Source: an uncultured delta proteobacterium
GTDB lineage: Bacteria > Desulfobacterota > Desulfuromonadia > Desulfuromonadales > JACZKF01
NCBI GenBank assembly: GCA_963816395.1
Contig: CAWFKQ010000010.1
Coordinates: 28,953 to 92,952 of the forward strand
Direction of reading: 5' to 3'
Length of the DNA: 64,000 nucleotides
Shown: one piece after another, positions 1 to 12,017 of the stretch
Position numbering within the stretch: the stretch's first letter is position 1
How the letters are laid out: each line of letters opens with the position of its first letter
Made by a program: the position numbers and the translations under genes
The notes under the pieces: generated by a model
Databases searched by the model: none
The model's input: the letters and a program-made list of their open reading frames with translations, nothing else
Told to the model about the DNA's origin: nothing

Positions 1-701
1 GCGGCGGCAAACAGGTAATTGTCCAGGTTGAAATCCTTCAGCAGCATCTTGGTGTGGAAGAGATTCTCCTGATAAATATTGATGTCCACCGTCTGATAGA
101 GATCCAGGATCATCCTGTCGATGCACTGCTGGATGGAAAAGATCCGGTGGTCGATATAGTGTTTGTTCCCCTTGATGTCGCGGGTGAACCCCCGTACCTT
201 GTAGTCGACCAGTACGATGTCCGACTCGAAGGAGCGGATCAGGTGATTGAGGGCCTTCAGCGGGCTGATTTGGCCGCAGGTGGAGACGTCGACGTCGACC
301 CGGAAGGTGGAGATCCCGGTCCGGGAATCGGTTTCGGGATAAGTGTGGATGCACAGGTGGCTCTTGTCAAGGTGAGCCAGTACCTGCTCCGGCTTCGTTT
401 CCACCGGTTCCTCGGCGATCAGGATGGTGACGCTCGCCCCCATGGGGTCGTAGTCCTGGCTGGAGACGTCGAGGATGTTGGCGCCGATAATCTCCGCCAC
501 CTCGTGCAGGATGTTCACCAGGCGCTGGGAATTGTATTCCTCGTCGATGTACTCCAGGTATTCCTTGCGCGCCTGCGGCGAGCGGGCGTAGCAGACGTCG
601 TAGATATTGAACGACAGGGTCTTGGTCAGATTGTTGAAGCCGCGCAGCTTGAGCTTGCGCCCGACCCGCCGCGTGCCGCGTGAATTTTTTTTCTTCGCCA
701 T
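1..701 (-). CDS. speD: S-adenosylmethionine decarboxylase proenzyme SpeD (C-terminal end cut by window edge)
   Basis: Not in the ORF track because it runs off the window. Reverse-strand translation from ATG 701..699 reads [39 protein letters not shown]...[17 protein letters not shown]...YKVRGFTRD...[15 protein letters not shown]. This is collinear with E. coli-type SpeD, including the LDKS/H self-processing site. Confidence 0.85.
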   Translation of the reverse strand, partial: MAKKKNSRGTRRVGRKLKLRGFNNLTKTLSFNIYDVCYARSPQARKEYLEYIDEEYNSQRLVNILHEVAEIIGANILDVSSQDYDPMGASVTILIAEEPVETKPEQVLAHLDKSHLCIHTYPETDSRTGISTFRVDVDVSTCGQISPLKALNHLIRSFESDIVLVDYKVRGFTRDIKGNKHYIDHRIFSIQQCIDRMILDLYQTVDINIYQENLFHTKMLLKDFNLDNYLFAA

Positions 702-893
702 CCGCAATATCCCTCCCCTTGCGGTGAGATATTTGGCCCGAGCCAAACCCCGCCATTTAAGCACAGGCGGTCATCGGGGACAAGGGATTAGCGTCCCGCT
801 GATCTCATCGACGCTACCCGGCCGGACGGAGTACTGGCTCGGTGCCCCGGCAGCAACCGGGGCGGCAGAAAGCAATGGCGGGAAGAAGAGGTC

Positions 894-2195
894 TCAGCCG
901 GCGGCGGTTTTGCCCCGCCGTTCGTTCATCACCTTGTAAGCGCAGAACTCACCGCACATGGTGCAGGCGCCGTGCGCCTCATCCACCCCTGACTCGGCGC
1001 GCAGGCGGCGGGCCTTGGCCGGGTCGAGGGCGAGGGCGAACTGCCCCTCCCAGTCGAGGTTCTTTCGGCAGCGGGCCATGGCGGTATCCTTCGCCAGGGC
1101 ACCGGGAATGCCCTTGACGATGTCGGCGGCGTGGGCGGCGATGCGGCTCGCCATCACCCCCTCGTGGACATCTTCCACGGTGGGCAGGCGCAGGTGCTCG
1201 CTGGGAGTGACGTAGCAGAGGAAATCGGCGCCGGCGGCGGCGGCGATGGCCCCGCCGATGGCGCAGGTGATGTGGTCGTAGCCGGGGGCGATGTCGGTAA
1301 CCAGCGGCCCCAGGACATAGAAGGGTGCACCATGGCAAAGGCGCTTCTGCAACTGGATGTTCGCTTCGATCTGGTTGAGCGGCACGTGCCCGGGACCCTC
1401 GATCATCACCTGGACGCCGGCCTCCCGTGCCCGCTGGGTCAATTCGCCGAGCAGGATCAGTTCGTGGATCTGAGCGCGGTCGGTGGCGTCGGCCAGGCAG
1501 CCCGGCCGGAAGCCGTCCCCCAGGGAAAGAACCGCATCGTACGGCCGGACGATCTCCAGCAGCCGATCAAAGTGTTCGAAGAGCGGGTTTTCCATCTGGT
1601 TGTGGGCCATCCACTCGACGGTGAAGGAGCCGCCGCGGGAAACCACGTCCATGATCCGCCCCTCGCGGTCCATGCGCTCCACTGTCGCCCGGGTAACGCC
1701 GCAATGGACGGTGATGAAGTCGACGCCATCATCCAGGTGCTTGGCGATGCCGGCGAAGATGTCGTCGGCGGTCATTTCGACGATCGCCTTCTGCTGCCGG
1801 TTGACCGCATCGAGGGCCGCCTGGTAGAGGGGAACCGAGCCGATGCAGGCCTCGGTTTCGGCGATGACGGCGCGGCGGATCTCGTCCACCGGCCCGCCGG
1901 TGGAAAGATCCATGAGAGCGTCGGCCCCGGCCGCCACCGCCACCCGCGCCTTCTCCAGTTCCTTGTCGACACTGGTGTCGTCCCGGCTGGTGCCGATATT
2001 GGCGTTGACCTTGGTGCGCAGTCCCTGCCCGACCGCCAGGGGGATGCCGCCGGCGCGCCGGGTGTTGTGGCAAACGACGGCAGTGCCGGCAGCGAGGCCC
2101 TGGCGCAGCAGTTCCGGATCGATTCCCTCGGCGGCGGCCGCCTGCCGCACGAGATCGGTGAGGACGCCCTGGCGGGCGAGTTCGAGCTGGGTCAT
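894..2195 (-). CDS. thiC: Phosphomethylpyrimidine synthase ThiC
   Basis: Track ORF 894..2216. Typical ThiC sequence (NANIGTS, VMIEGPGH, C-terminal CTMCGEFCA Fe-S motif). ATG at 2195 follows a GAGG Shine-Dalgarno; the TTG at 2216 is a less likely start. Confidence 0.93.
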   Translation of the reverse strand: MTQLELARQGVLTDLVRQAAAAEGIDPELLRQGLAAGTAVVCHNTRRAGGIPLAVGQGLRTKVNANIGTSRDDTSVDKELEKARVAVAAGADALMDLSTGGPVDEIRRAVIAETEACIGSVPLYQAALDAVNRQQKAIVEMTADDIFAGIAKHLDDGVDFITVHCGVTRATVERMDREGRIMDVVSRGGSFTVEWMAHNQMENPLFEHFDRLLEIVRPYDAVLSLGDGFRPGCLADATDRAQIHELILLGELTQRAREAGVQVMIEGPGHVPLNQIEANIQLQKRLCHGAPFYVLGPLVTDIAPGYDHITCAIGGAIAAAAGADFLCYVTPSEHLRLPTVEDVHEGVMASRIAAHAADIVKGIPGALAKDTAMARCRKNLDWEGQFALALDPAKARRLRAESGVDEAHGACTMCGEFCAYKVMNERRGKTAAG

Positions 2196-2220
2196 GGTGG
2201 GAACCTCATTTGGCAATTTT

Positions 2221-2255
2221 GAATTCTGAATTTTAAATTCTGAATTGAATCAATC
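2221..2255. repeat. Tandem degenerate heptamer array (GAATTCT-like, about 5 units) in the thiED-thiC spacer
   Basis: gaattct gaatttt aaattct gaattga atcaatc. The 11-mer aattctgaatt is present twice (2222-2232 and 2236-2246, period 14) and is itself palindromic. Confidence 0.6.
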
Positions 2256-2304
2256 TATCACAATCTTCGACTGTCACCAGAAGCCACGCCGACCGCTCCA
2301 GTCG

Positions 2305-3723
<1,419 letters not shown>

Positions 3724-3821
3724 CGCAAGCTTTCGGGCGGCGCGCGAGCTGTTTCCCGGGAAAAACAAAGCGCCGCGGGCGATGAAAAGACGCGCGGCGC
3801 TCCGAATGAGTTCAGATGGTC

Positions 3822-3910
3822 CCGCCCGCTTCCCTCCGCCGGTATTACCCGGATCAGGTTCCAAGGGTCGTTCCGCCGCAGCGAAACTCTCAGTATAACA
3901 CTCCCCTAGC
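3822..3910 (-). promoter_or_regulatory. TPP (THI-box) riboswitch in the leader of thiED-thiC
   Basis: Reverse strand reads ...GGGGAGUGUUAUACUGAGAGUUUCGCUGCGGCGGAACGACCCUUGGAACCUGAUCCGGGUAAUACCGGCGGAGGGAAGC... This carries the conserved CUGAGA and ACCCUUnGAACCUGAUCnGGnUAAUnCCnGCG..GGGAA blocks. It ends about 100 nt upstream of the thiE ATG. Confidence 0.9.
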
Positions 3911-4178
3911 GGTCTGTGCTGGTTGTGGCTTGCCGGCCTTGCGGCCGGGAGTTCCCCTTTTTAAGGCTATCCGGCTTCTCGCCGGTGCCGGCTTCCGCCG
4001 AAAGGGAAATGCTCTGCGGAAACGCAGAAATCCCCGAAAGGGTAGAAAAAGACTAAAGGATTCGCCCGAGGCTGTCAACTCTATTGTCGGCACTGTCGGG
4101 AAGGTTCTTTACAGCCCCTTTTCGCCGTGGTACAAAATTCTTTTTCCCGCCTCAGCCAACCGACAGGATTTGTTCGCC

Positions 4179-5297
4179 ATGCACGGCCATCGCCCTACTC
4201 GTGTCGAAATCGACCTGCACGCCCTCCGTCACAATTTCCTGCAGGCCCGCCGGCAGGCCGATGGCCGGCGTATTCTCGCCGTCGTCAAGGCTGATGCCTA
4301 CGGCCACGGTGCTGTCCGGGTCGCCGCGGCATTGCAGGCGGCCGGCGCCGAGCTGTTCGGTGTCGCCTTGGTCGAGGAAGGCATCGAATTGCGGCAGGCC
4401 GGGATCGAACGGCCGGTGCTCATCCTGGGAGGGATCTATCCGGGGCAGGAGGAAGAGATCTTCCGCTACAGCCTCACCACTGTTCTTTTCGACCTGGAGG
4501 TGGCCCGTCGCCTCAACGAACGGGCGCGGGCGAACGGCCGGATCTGTCCGTTTCACCTGAAAATAGATACCGGCATGGGGCGGGTCGGTTTTCGACCGGA
4601 GGAGCTCGCGGCGGTGCTGCCGGCGCTGACTGCCCTCGATAGCCTGAGGCTGGAGGGTTTGATCTCGCACCTGGCCCTGGCCGATGAGCCGGCGGATCCC
4701 TTCACCGAAGAACAGATACGCCGCTTTCGTGCCTGCCTGACCCAGGTGCGGGAGGCCGGCTTCGCCCCTTCCTGCCTGCACCTGAGCAACAGCGCTGCCC
4801 TGTTTTCCCGGGAGATTCCCGAGGCCAACCTGGTGCGGCCCGGCATCGTCCTGTACGGCGGCCTGCCTTCCGGCCATTTCGCCGGCCGCCTCGATCTGCA
4901 GCCGGTGATGAGTTTTCGCACCTCGGTCGTACAGGTGAAAGAGGTGCCGGCCGGCACCGGCGTTTCCTACGGTCACCGCTTCCGTGCTGCACAGCCGGCG
5001 GTGCTGGCCGCCATCCCGGTGGGCTATGCCGACGGCTTCAGCCGTGATCTCTCCGGCCGGGGGGAAGTACTGATTCGCGGCCGCCGGGCGAAAGTGGCGG
5101 GGACCGTGTGCATGGACTGGACGCTGCTCGACGTCACCCATATCCCGGAGGTGGCGGTCGGCGATCAGGTAACCCTCCTCGGTGCCGATCGGGGCGAGTC
5201 GATCACTGCCGAGGAATGGGCGGAGCGCATCGGCACCATTTCCTACGAGGTCTTCTGCCAGATCGGCAAGCGGGTGCCGCGGATTTATAAAGGGTAG
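4179..5297 (+). CDS. alr: Alanine racemase
   Basis: Track ORF 3816..5297. The real start is ATG 4179 (MHGHRPTRVEIDL...). PLP-lysine motif AVVKADAYGHG and C-terminal GYADG/VCMD motifs are present. The upstream part of the ORF overlaps the riboswitch and non-coding DNA. Confidence 0.92.
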   Translation: MHGHRPTRVEIDLHALRHNFLQARRQADGRRILAVVKADAYGHGAVRVAAALQAAGAELFGVALVEEGIELRQAGIERPVLILGGIYPGQEEEIFRYSLTTVLFDLEVARRLNERARANGRICPFHLKIDTGMGRVGFRPEELAAVLPALTALDSLRLEGLISHLALADEPADPFTEEQIRRFRACLTQVREAGFAPSCLHLSNSAALFSREIPEANLVRPGIVLYGGLPSGHFAGRLDLQPVMSFRTSVVQVKEVPAGTGVSYGHRFRAAQPAVLAAIPVGYADGFSRDLSGRGEVLIRGRRAKVAGTVCMDWTLLDVTHIPEVAVGDQVTLLGADRGESITAEEWAERIGTISYEVFCQIGKRVPRIYKG

Positions 5298-5365
5298 GCA
5301 AGAGGCAATAGGCTGGAAGAAATCAGGCACTGACTGAAACCTGGCCTGCAACCTGGAACCTGAAG
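5296..5365. repeat. Ten tandem degenerate heptamers exactly filling the alr - DUF4445 junction
   Basis: aggcaag aggcaat aggctgg aagaaat caggcac tgactga aacctgg cctgcaa cctggaa cctgaag, followed by the ATG at 5366. The alr TAG (5295-5297) overlaps the first unit. Confidence 0.65.
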
Positions 5366-6600
5366 ATGAGCGAAGCGAAGCTTCTACTTGCTTTCGATCT
5401 GGGGACCACCACCCTCGCCGGTCGGCTGCTGGCGCCCGATGGGGCGGTCCTGGCGGAAGCGGAGGCGCGCAACCCGCAGGCGGAATTCGGCGCCGATGTC
5501 ATCCGCCGCCTGGAAGCTGCTTTGGGCGGAAGGGAATTGCTGCTGCAGGCCAGCCTGGTCGAGGGACTGGAGGTGCTGATCAGCGAACTGCTGGCGCAGG
5601 CCGGCCGGTCCCGGTCGGCCATCATCGCCGCCGCTGCCGCCGGCAATCCCGCCATCAGCTATCTGTTGCGCCGTCTGCCGGCGCAGGAGATTCTCTTTCC
5701 GCCGCACCGACCGCAGGAGACGGCAGGGGCCTTTCTCGCCCCGGTCGCTCTCGGCCTCGATCTGCCGGTCCCCCTCTATCTCTTTCCCCTGGTCAGCGGC
5801 TATGTCGGCGGCGATCTGGTGGCCTTTCTGCTGGCCGCGGAGCCATGGCGAACCCGGCACCCTCTTTCTGGACATCGGTACCAACGGAGAGATGGCCCTG
5901 CACGCCGGCGGGGCGTTGGTGGGCGACCTCGGTGGCCGCCGGCCCGGCTTTCGAGGGGGGTGAGATCGCTTGCGGCATGACGGCCCGGGCCGGAGCCGTG
6001 GAGGGGGTGGCGGTCGTTGGCGATGCCCTGCGACTGCGGGTGATCGGCGGCGGAGCGCCGCGCGGGGTCTGCGGCAGCGGCCTGGCCGCGGCGGTGGCGG
6101 CCGCCCGGGAAGGAGGGCTGATCGACGCCGCCGGCACCCTCGTCGATCCGGGCGCGGTTCCCACCAATCTCGCCCGCTATCTGGTTACCACGCCGGCCGG
6201 CCGGGCGCTGCGCCTTTACCGCGACGCCGCCGTCGATCTTCTCCTCACCCAGGAGGATCTGCGCCGCTTCCAGTTGGCCAAGGGGGCGGTGCGGGCCGGG
6301 ATCGACTGCCTGCTGCAGCGGGCGGGGGTGCGCGCCGGTGCGCTGCGGCAGGTTCTGGTGACCGGCGCTTTCGGCCTTTCCCTGCCGGCGGGCATCCTGA
6401 AAAGGGTTGCCATGCTGCCGGCAGACATGGTAGATAAAGTACGCTTTTCCCCGGGCGGAGCGCTCGCCGGCGTCTGCCGTTGCCTGCTGGTCCCCGACGG
6501 GCCAAAGCGGGCGCAGGCGCTGGCCTCGGCGATCCGCCCTTATCCGCTGTCGGGGACGCCGGCCTTCGAAAAGGCCTTCCTGCAAGGACTCGATTTCTGA
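5366..6600 (+). pseudogene. ASKHA-fold ATP-binding protein, DUF4445 / RACo C-terminal-domain-like; frame interrupted twice as written
   Basis: Track ORFs 5366..5980 and 5845..6600 are bridged by a third frame encoding GTLFLDIGTNGEMALHAGG. Family motifs: AFDLGTTT, DIGTNGE, AAGPAFEGG, CGSG. Shifts lie near 5850 and near 5913 (a G run). Confidence 0.7.
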
Positions 6601-6630
6601 AAAACCGCCCGGGCGACGGTTTTTTCTTGT
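6601..6630 (+). terminator. Possible weak intrinsic terminator after the DUF4445 gene
   Basis: aaaaccgcccgggcgacggttttttc: a short GC stem followed by T6, directly after the stop codon. Confidence 0.4.
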
Positions 6631-6785
6631 TTCTGGATGCCGTAATATCTCTTTGGGCACCGATTTTTGACAGAGAACGCGGGAGATCATTCCTGCAATC
6701 TGCGGCTATCTTTCATTCTGCGCCCGCTGCTTGGATCTATCCTCTCTGAAGAAGCAGCTATCATGTCGAGAAAGGAACTGCTCCC

Positions 6786-8351
6786 ATGGCCGTCATCAAG
6801 CGCGCTCTGATCAGCGTCTCGGAAAAAACCGGCATCGTTGATTTCGCCAGGAATCTCGCCGGCCTCGGCGTTGAGATTCTCTCCACCGGCGGTACCGCCA
6901 GCCTGCTGCGGGAAAACGGCATTGCCGTCAAGGATGTCGCCGAGTTCACCGGTTTCCCGGAGATGCTCGACGGCCGGGTGAAGACCCTGCACCCGAAGGT
7001 TCACGGAGGACTGCTGGGGATGCGCGACAATCCCGAGCACGTGGCGAAAATGGCCGAGCACGGAATCGAGCCGATCGATCTGGTGGCGGTCAACCTCTAT
7101 CCCTTCGAGGGCACCGTCGCCAAGCCCGACTGCAGTCTGGAGGACGCCATCGAGAACATCGACATCGGCGGCCCGACCATGCTGCGCAGCGCCGCCAAGA
7201 ACAACCGCGACGTCACCGTCCTCGTCGACCCGGCCGACTACCCGCTGGTGCTGGCGGAGATGCAGGCCAGCGGGGGCGCCGTCTCGCGGGAGACCAACTT
7301 CCGCCTGGCGGTGAAAGTCTACCAGCACACCGCGGCCTACGACGGCGCCATCTCCAACTGGCTGGGACGGCGCCTCGGTGCCGAGAACGCCGAGTTTCCG
7401 CCGACACTCACCCTGCAGTTCAAGAAGGCGCAGGGGATGCGTTACGGTGAGAACCCCCACCAGCAGGCGGCCTTCTACGTCGAGCGCGAGGTGCGGGAGG
7501 CTTCGGTGGCCACCGCCCGCCAGTTGCAGGGGAAGGAGCTTTCCTATAACAATATCGGTGATACCGATGCGGCCCTGGAATGCGTCAAGCAGTTCGGCGA
7601 GGGCCCGGCCTGCGTCATCGTCAAACACGCCAATCCCTGCGGCGTCGCCCTCGGCGGCACTCTTCTCGAAGCTTATCAGCGGGCGTTTTCCACCGATCCC
7701 GAGTCGGCCTTCGGCGGCATCATCGCCGTCAACCGGGAACTGGATGCCGAGACCGCCAAGGCGATCGTCGAGCGGCAGTTCGTCGAGGTGATCATCGCTC
7801 CCGCCGTTTCCGCCGAGGCCTCCGCCGTCGTCGCCGCCAAGAAGAACGTGCGGCTGCTCGCCTGCGGTGACTGGCCGGCCGAACCCGGCCGGCGCCTCGA
7901 CTTGAAGCGGGTCAACGGCGGTCTGCTGGTGCAGGATGCCGATCTGGCGCTGCTCGATTCCACCCGGGTGGTCACCCGCCGACAGCCGACGGAGAAGGAG
8001 ATGGCGGACCTGCTCTTTACCTGGCGGGTGGCGAAATTCGTCAAGTCCAATGCCATCGTCTACGGCCGGGACGGCATGACCATCGGTGTCGGCGCCGGCC
8101 AGATGAGCCGCGTCAACTCGGCACGCATCGCCGCCATCAAAGCCGAGCATGCGGGGTTGGAGGTGCAAGGCTCGGTGATGGCATCGGATGCCTTCTTCCC
8201 CTTCCGGGATGGGATCGACAACGCTGCAGCCGCCGGGGTTGTCGCCGTCATCCAGCCGGGAGGCTCGATCCGCGATGAGGAGGTGATCGCCGCCGCCGAC
8301 GAGCATGGGATGGCAATGGTGTTTACGGGGATGCGGCACTTCAGGCATTAG
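6786..8351 (+). CDS. purH: Bifunctional AICAR transformylase / IMP cyclohydrolase
   Basis: 521-aa ORF with N-terminal MGS-like domain ([24 protein letters not shown]) and a C-terminal AICARFT domain. Confidence 0.95.
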   Translation: MAVIKRALISVSEKTGIVDFARNLAGLGVEILSTGGTASLLRENGIAVKDVAEFTGFPEMLDGRVKTLHPKVHGGLLGMRDNPEHVAKMAEHGIEPIDLVAVNLYPFEGTVAKPDCSLEDAIENIDIGGPTMLRSAAKNNRDVTVLVDPADYPLVLAEMQASGGAVSRETNFRLAVKVYQHTAAYDGAISNWLGRRLGAENAEFPPTLTLQFKKAQGMRYGENPHQQAAFYVEREVREASVATARQLQGKELSYNNIGDTDAALECVKQFGEGPACVIVKHANPCGVALGGTLLEAYQRAFSTDPESAFGGIIAVNRELDAETAKAIVERQFVEVIIAPAVSAEASAVVAAKKNVRLLACGDWPAEPGRRLDLKRVNGGLLVQDADLALLDSTRVVTRRQPTEKEMADLLFTWRVAKFVKSNAIVYGRDGMTIGVGAGQMSRVNSARIAAIKAEHAGLEVQGSVMASDAFFPFRDGIDNAAAAGVVAVIQPGGSIRDEEVIAAADEHGMAMVFTGMRHFRH

Positions 8352-8360
8352 AACCGGAAA

Positions 8361-8433
8361 GCGTAATTTGTGACGCGTAATGCGTAATATGGGAAAAGCG
8401 CAAGATCACGTCTTTATCACGTCACTGATCACT
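8361..8433. repeat. Short tandem repeats in the purH-purD spacer (GCGTAAT heptamers, then ATCACGTC at period 11)
   Basis: gcgtaat at 8361, 8375 and 8382, all in heptamer phase. atcacgtc at 8405 and 8416, and atcact at 8428. Confidence 0.6.
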
Positions 8434-8464
8434 CATTACTCAATGAGCCTTTAAAGGGATGAGC

Positions 8465-9736
8465 ATGAAAATACTGGTAGTAGGCGGCGGCGGCAGAGAG
8501 CACGCCCTGGTATGGAAGATCGCCCAATCTCCCCTGGTGGAGAAAATCTGGTGCGCACCGGGTAATCCCGGTATCGCCCGGGCTGCCGAATGCCTGCCCC
8601 TGGCGGTGGATGATCTGGAGGGCCTGCTCGCTTTTGCCCGTCGCGAGGGGATCGACCTTACGGTGGTCGGACCGGAAATTCCCCTGACTCTGGGAATCGT
8701 CGATCGTTTCCAGGCCGCGGGGCTGACCATTTTCGGGCCGACCCGCTCGGCCGCCCGCCTGGAGGGGAGCAAGGCATTCTGCAAGGACCTGATGGCGAAA
8801 TACGGTATTCCCACCGCCGCCTACGGCACCTTTACCGAGCGGCCGGCGGCGGTGGATTTCATCCGCCGGCACGGCGCGCCCATCGTTGTCAAAGCGGACG
8901 GGCTGGCGGCCGGCAAAGGGGTGGTGGTAGCCGGCACGGAGGCGGAGGCGGTAGCCGCCGTCGATGAGGCCATGGTCGAAGGAGTCTTCGGCGAGGCGGG
9001 CCGGACGGTGGTGATCGAAGAGTTCCTGGAGGGGGAGGAAGCCTCCTTTCTTGCCTTCACCGATGGCCGCACCATCCTGCCGCTGGCTTCCGCCCAGGAC
9101 CACAAGCCGGTCTTCGACGGCGACCGGGGACCGAACACCGGTGGCATGGGTGCCTATTCGCCGGCGCCGGTGGTGACCGCCGCTCTGCACCAGCGGATCG
9201 TCGACAGCATCCTGGCCCCCCTGGTAGCAGGGATGGAGAAGGAGGGGTGCCCCTACTGCGGCATTCTTTATGCCGGTCTGATGATCCGCGGCGGCCAGAT
9301 CAAAGTTCTGGAGTTCAATGCCCGTTTCGGCGATCCAGAGGCGCAGCCGCTGCTCGCCCGGCTCAAATCCGACCTGGTGCCGGTGCTGCTCGCCTGCGCC
9401 CGCGGCGATCTCGCCGGGCTCACCCTGGAGTGGCACGACAAGGCTGCGGTCTGCGTGGTGATGGCCTCCGGCGGTTATCCGGGGAGCTTTCAGAAAGGCT
9501 ATCCCATCCATGGCCTGGAAGAAGCCGGCAAGCTCGAAGATCTCATCGTTTTTCAGGCCGGCACCGCAGCCAGGAACGATCAGATCGTCAATAGCGGCGG
9601 CCGCGTGCTCGGGGTAACCGGGCTCGGTGCCACGGTCGCCGCGGCCATCGACAAGGCTTACCAGGGAGTACGGGCCATTTCATGGCAGGATGCCCACTAC
9701 CGCACCGACATAGGCCGCAAGGCGCTGGGGCGGTAA
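8465..9736 (+). CDS. purD: Phosphoribosylamine--glycine ligase
   Basis: MKILVVGGGGREHALVWK... The ATG at 8465 follows AAGGGA at good spacing. The track start at 8459 is 2 codons upstream and also possible. Confidence 0.93.
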   Translation: MKILVVGGGGREHALVWKIAQSPLVEKIWCAPGNPGIARAAECLPLAVDDLEGLLAFARREGIDLTVVGPEIPLTLGIVDRFQAAGLTIFGPTRSAARLEGSKAFCKDLMAKYGIPTAAYGTFTERPAAVDFIRRHGAPIVVKADGLAAGKGVVVAGTEAEAVAAVDEAMVEGVFGEAGRTVVIEEFLEGEEASFLAFTDGRTILPLASAQDHKPVFDGDRGPNTGGMGAYSPAPVVTAALHQRIVDSILAPLVAGMEKEGCPYCGILYAGLMIRGGQIKVLEFNARFGDPEAQPLLARLKSDLVPVLLACARGDLAGLTLEWHDKAAVCVVMASGGYPGSFQKGYPIHGLEEAGKLEDLIVFQAGTAARNDQIVNSGGRVLGVTGLGATVAAAIDKAYQGVRAISWQDAHYRTDIGRKALGR

Positions 9737-9743
9737 GGCAGGC

Positions 9744-9808
9744 TCAAGGTTCAAGGTTCAAGCGGGCTTAATTCGAAATCCAAAAATTCAGATTTCAAAA
9801 TTTCAAGG
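9744..9808. repeat. Tandem TCAAGGT heptamers plus an A/T-rich stutter in the purD-purE spacer
   Basis: tcaaggt tcaaggt tcaagc (9744-9763), then aattcgaaatccaaaaattcagatttcaaaatttcaagg. Confidence 0.6.
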
Positions 9809-9811
9809 ATC

Positions 9812-10360
9812 TTGCCTGTGAATAATCAACCACTTGTCGGCATCTTGATGGGCAGCGACAGCGATTATCCGGTAATGGCAGAGGCCGCGAAGGTGCTGAA
9901 GAACTTCGGTGTTCCCTTCGAGATGACAGTCGCCAGCGCCCACCGCTCCCCCGAGCGTACATCCCATTATGCCCGTGGCGCCCGTGAGCGGGGATTGCGG
10001 GTACTTATCGCCGGTGCGGGGGCGGCCGCACACCTGGCTGGTGTGGTGGCGGCCGAGACCACTTTACCGGTAATCGGCGTGCCGATCGACTCCACTTCGC
10101 TGCAGGGGCTGGACGCGCTGCTGGCGACGGTGCAGATGCCGGCCGGTATCCCGGTGGCGACCATGGCCATCGGTTCGGCCGGAGCGCGCAATGCCGGGGT
10201 TCTGGCCGTGCAGATTCTCGCAGCTGGCGACGCCGCTCTGGCCGAGCGGCTGGCGCGCTACAAAGAGGAACTGGCCGCCGCCGTCGACGCCCGGGCGGCC
10301 GCGCTGGAGGAGCGGCTGTCCAGGGAGGTCGATTCCTCCTCCACTCCGGGGAAAATGTAA
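9812..10360 (+). CDS. purE: N5-carboxyaminoimidazole ribonucleotide mutase
   Basis: [20 protein letters not shown] and [11 protein letters not shown] motifs. Start is TTG 9812 or GTG 9818. Confidence 0.9.
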   Translation: MPVNNQPLVGILMGSDSDYPVMAEAAKVLKNFGVPFEMTVASAHRSPERTSHYARGARERGLRVLIAGAGAAAHLAGVVAAETTLPVIGVPIDSTSLQGLDALLATVQMPAGIPVATMAIGSAGARNAGVLAVQILAAGDAALAERLARYKEELAAAVDARAAALEERLSREVDSSSTPGKM

Positions 10361-10608
10361 CGGCATTTCAGAGTTTTCGGAGTTCCCGGGGTGTTTTTCA
10401 CTGGTCGATTTCCCTTGACGGGGGGGGAGATATATATTAACTTTCCCCACGATTTTTAACCTCTGCACCGCAGGAGCCCAGAAAAACTTTCCGTGAGACC
10501 TGCTCCGGTTGACCAACTCTTCCAGGCACCCCCACTCTGCTGCTTGCCGGTAAACATCCGGCGGTATTCACAGGTCGTCGCCACCCGCTGTTTCGCAAGG
10601 GAAAGAAT

Positions 10609-11994
10609 ATGTCCATTTCGAAAGAAGCAAATCTGAGCGTCCAAAAACGTGATTTTACGTCTGGGCTCTGGGAATTCTTCTGTTCCCTGAAGCTGACCGT
10701 TACGCTCCTTATCCTGCTCGCCGTTACCTCCATCATCGGCACCATCATTCAGCAGAACCTTTCGCCCGAGCAGTATCTTCAGGTTTACAGCGCCACCACT
10801 TATCGGGTTCTCCATACCCTGAATTTTTTCGACATGTATCACTCCTGGTGGTTCATGACCCTGCTCGGGCTCTTCAGCATCAATCTCATTGCGTGTTCCA
10901 TCAAACGTTTTCCTCGCGTCTGGAAAACCGTGCGGGAGCCGGTCCTGGTCCCTGGCGATGCCCTGTACCGCACCTTCTCAAATATGGAGGAGCATCTGGT
11001 TAAGACACCCGTGGCTGAGGTCAGGGACCAGTTGGCTCTTTTCGTGCGGAAAAATTTTGCCGCCGCGGTGGTCACCGAGGACGGGGAGAAAGTGCACCTC
11101 TTCGCCCAGAAGGCGGCGTATGCCCGTTTCGGCGTCTATATCACCCATTGCTCGATCCTCATCATATTCATCGGCGCGATTCTCGGTTCGCTCTGGGGCT
11201 TCAAGGGGTACGTCAGCATTCTCGAGGGCAATTCGGTGGAGGCAGTTCAACCCCGCAGCGGCCGGGAACCGATTCCCCTCGGCTTCAAAGTGCGCTGCGA
11301 TGCATTCTCCGTCTCCTTCTATGAGGGCTCCGAGGGCCGTCCCAAGGAATTCCGGAGTGTTCTGTCGGTGATCGAGAATGGCCAGACGGTGATCAAGAAC
11401 CGGCCGGTTATCGTCAACGATCCGCTCACCTACAAAGGGATTACTTTTTACCAGTCAAGCTATCAGCCGGCCGGTGACGGGGTTTTCAATTTTCTCGTCA
11501 AAACCCGTAAGAGCGGGGAAGAGCAACGGATCTCCGCCCGCTTTGGGCAGCAGATCGCCCTCCCCGGCGGTGGCGCATTCAGGGTCTTCAACGCCAAGGA
11601 CGATCCCGCCTTCGGTGTAATGGCTCAACTTGAGGTCACCACCCCGAACGGGGAGCGCACCTACGCCCAGGTAGCCAAGGGCGCCCCGGATCTCGATGCC
11701 CTGCGCGGCGGCGCCAATATCTTTACCCTTCTCGATTTCAAGCAGCGCTATTTTACCGGACTGCAGGTGGCCAAGGACCCCGGAGTCTGGGTGGTCTGGC
11801 TCGGCTGCACCATGCTGGTTCTCGGTTCCCTGGTCGCTTTTTTCCTGTCCCACCGGCGCATCTGGATCACCATCCAGCCGGTCGGTAAAAAAACCGGTAT
11901 CAAGCTGGGGGGCAGCGCTCACCGCAACCAGCCGGCATTCGAAATTTTCTTTGACGAATTCAAGAAAAAGCTCAAGAACGAAATCTCTTCCTGA
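10609..11994 (+). CDS. resB: Cytochrome c biogenesis protein ResB/Ccs1 (system II)
   Basis: 461-aa ORF. N-terminal TM segments ([24 protein letters not shown]), a large soluble loop and a C-terminal TM segment. It sits directly upstream of ccsA. Confidence 0.85.
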   Translation: MSISKEANLSVQKRDFTSGLWEFFCSLKLTVTLLILLAVTSIIGTIIQQNLSPEQYLQVYSATTYRVLHTLNFFDMYHSWWFMTLLGLFSINLIACSIKRFPRVWKTVREPVLVPGDALYRTFSNMEEHLVKTPVAEVRDQLALFVRKNFAAAVVTEDGEKVHLFAQKAAYARFGVYITHCSILIIFIGAILGSLWGFKGYVSILEGNSVEAVQPRSGREPIPLGFKVRCDAFSVSFYEGSEGRPKEFRSVLSVIENGQTVIKNRPVIVNDPLTYKGITFYQSSYQPAGDGVFNFLVKTRKSGEEQRISARFGQQIALPGGGAFRVFNAKDDPAFGVMAQLEVTTPNGERTYAQVAKGAPDLDALRGGANIFTLLDFKQRYFTGLQVAKDPGVWVVWLGCTMLVLGSLVAFFLSHRRIWITIQPVGKKTGIKLGGSAHRNQPAFEIFFDEFKKKLKNEISS

Positions 11995-12017
11995 GGCCGT
12001 CCGCGGAGGAACGACAG

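Noticed and set aside
3985-4075. c-di-GMP-I (GEMM-I) riboswitch assignment for the GAAA-rich element upstream of alr.
   Set aside because: It has a GNRA-capped hairpin and an ACGCAGAAA string loosely reminiscent of the ACGCAAAGC core. However, the GGCAAACC/tetraloop-receptor architecture and the second helix are not present. It is kept only as an unassigned structured candidate.
3816-4178. N-terminal extension of the alr ORF, and the small ORFs 3716..3898 (+) and 3890..4093 (-).
   Set aside because: The extension runs through the TPP riboswitch (opposite strand) and non-coding leader. Alanine racemase homology begins at ATG 4179. The small ORFs have no coding signature.
5296-5308. Treating the shared 13-mer aggcaagaggcaa (5296-5308 and 41806-41818) as proof of a mobile repeat.
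   Set aside because: Exact 13-mer matches are expected by chance many times in a 64-kb window. The observation counts only as part of the heptamer-array pattern, not as an independent repeat family.
6601-6785. ZTP (pfl) riboswitch upstream of purH.
   Set aside because: purH is a classic ZTP-regulated gene, but the leader lacks the conserved GGGUCGUGAC...CCGGGC...CCGCCUGGGCA elements on either strand.
10415-10440. TTGACG ... TATATT promoter upstream of resB.
   Set aside because: The best -10-like hexamers give spacers of only 12-14 nt after a G7 run. This is not convincing enough to report as a feature.
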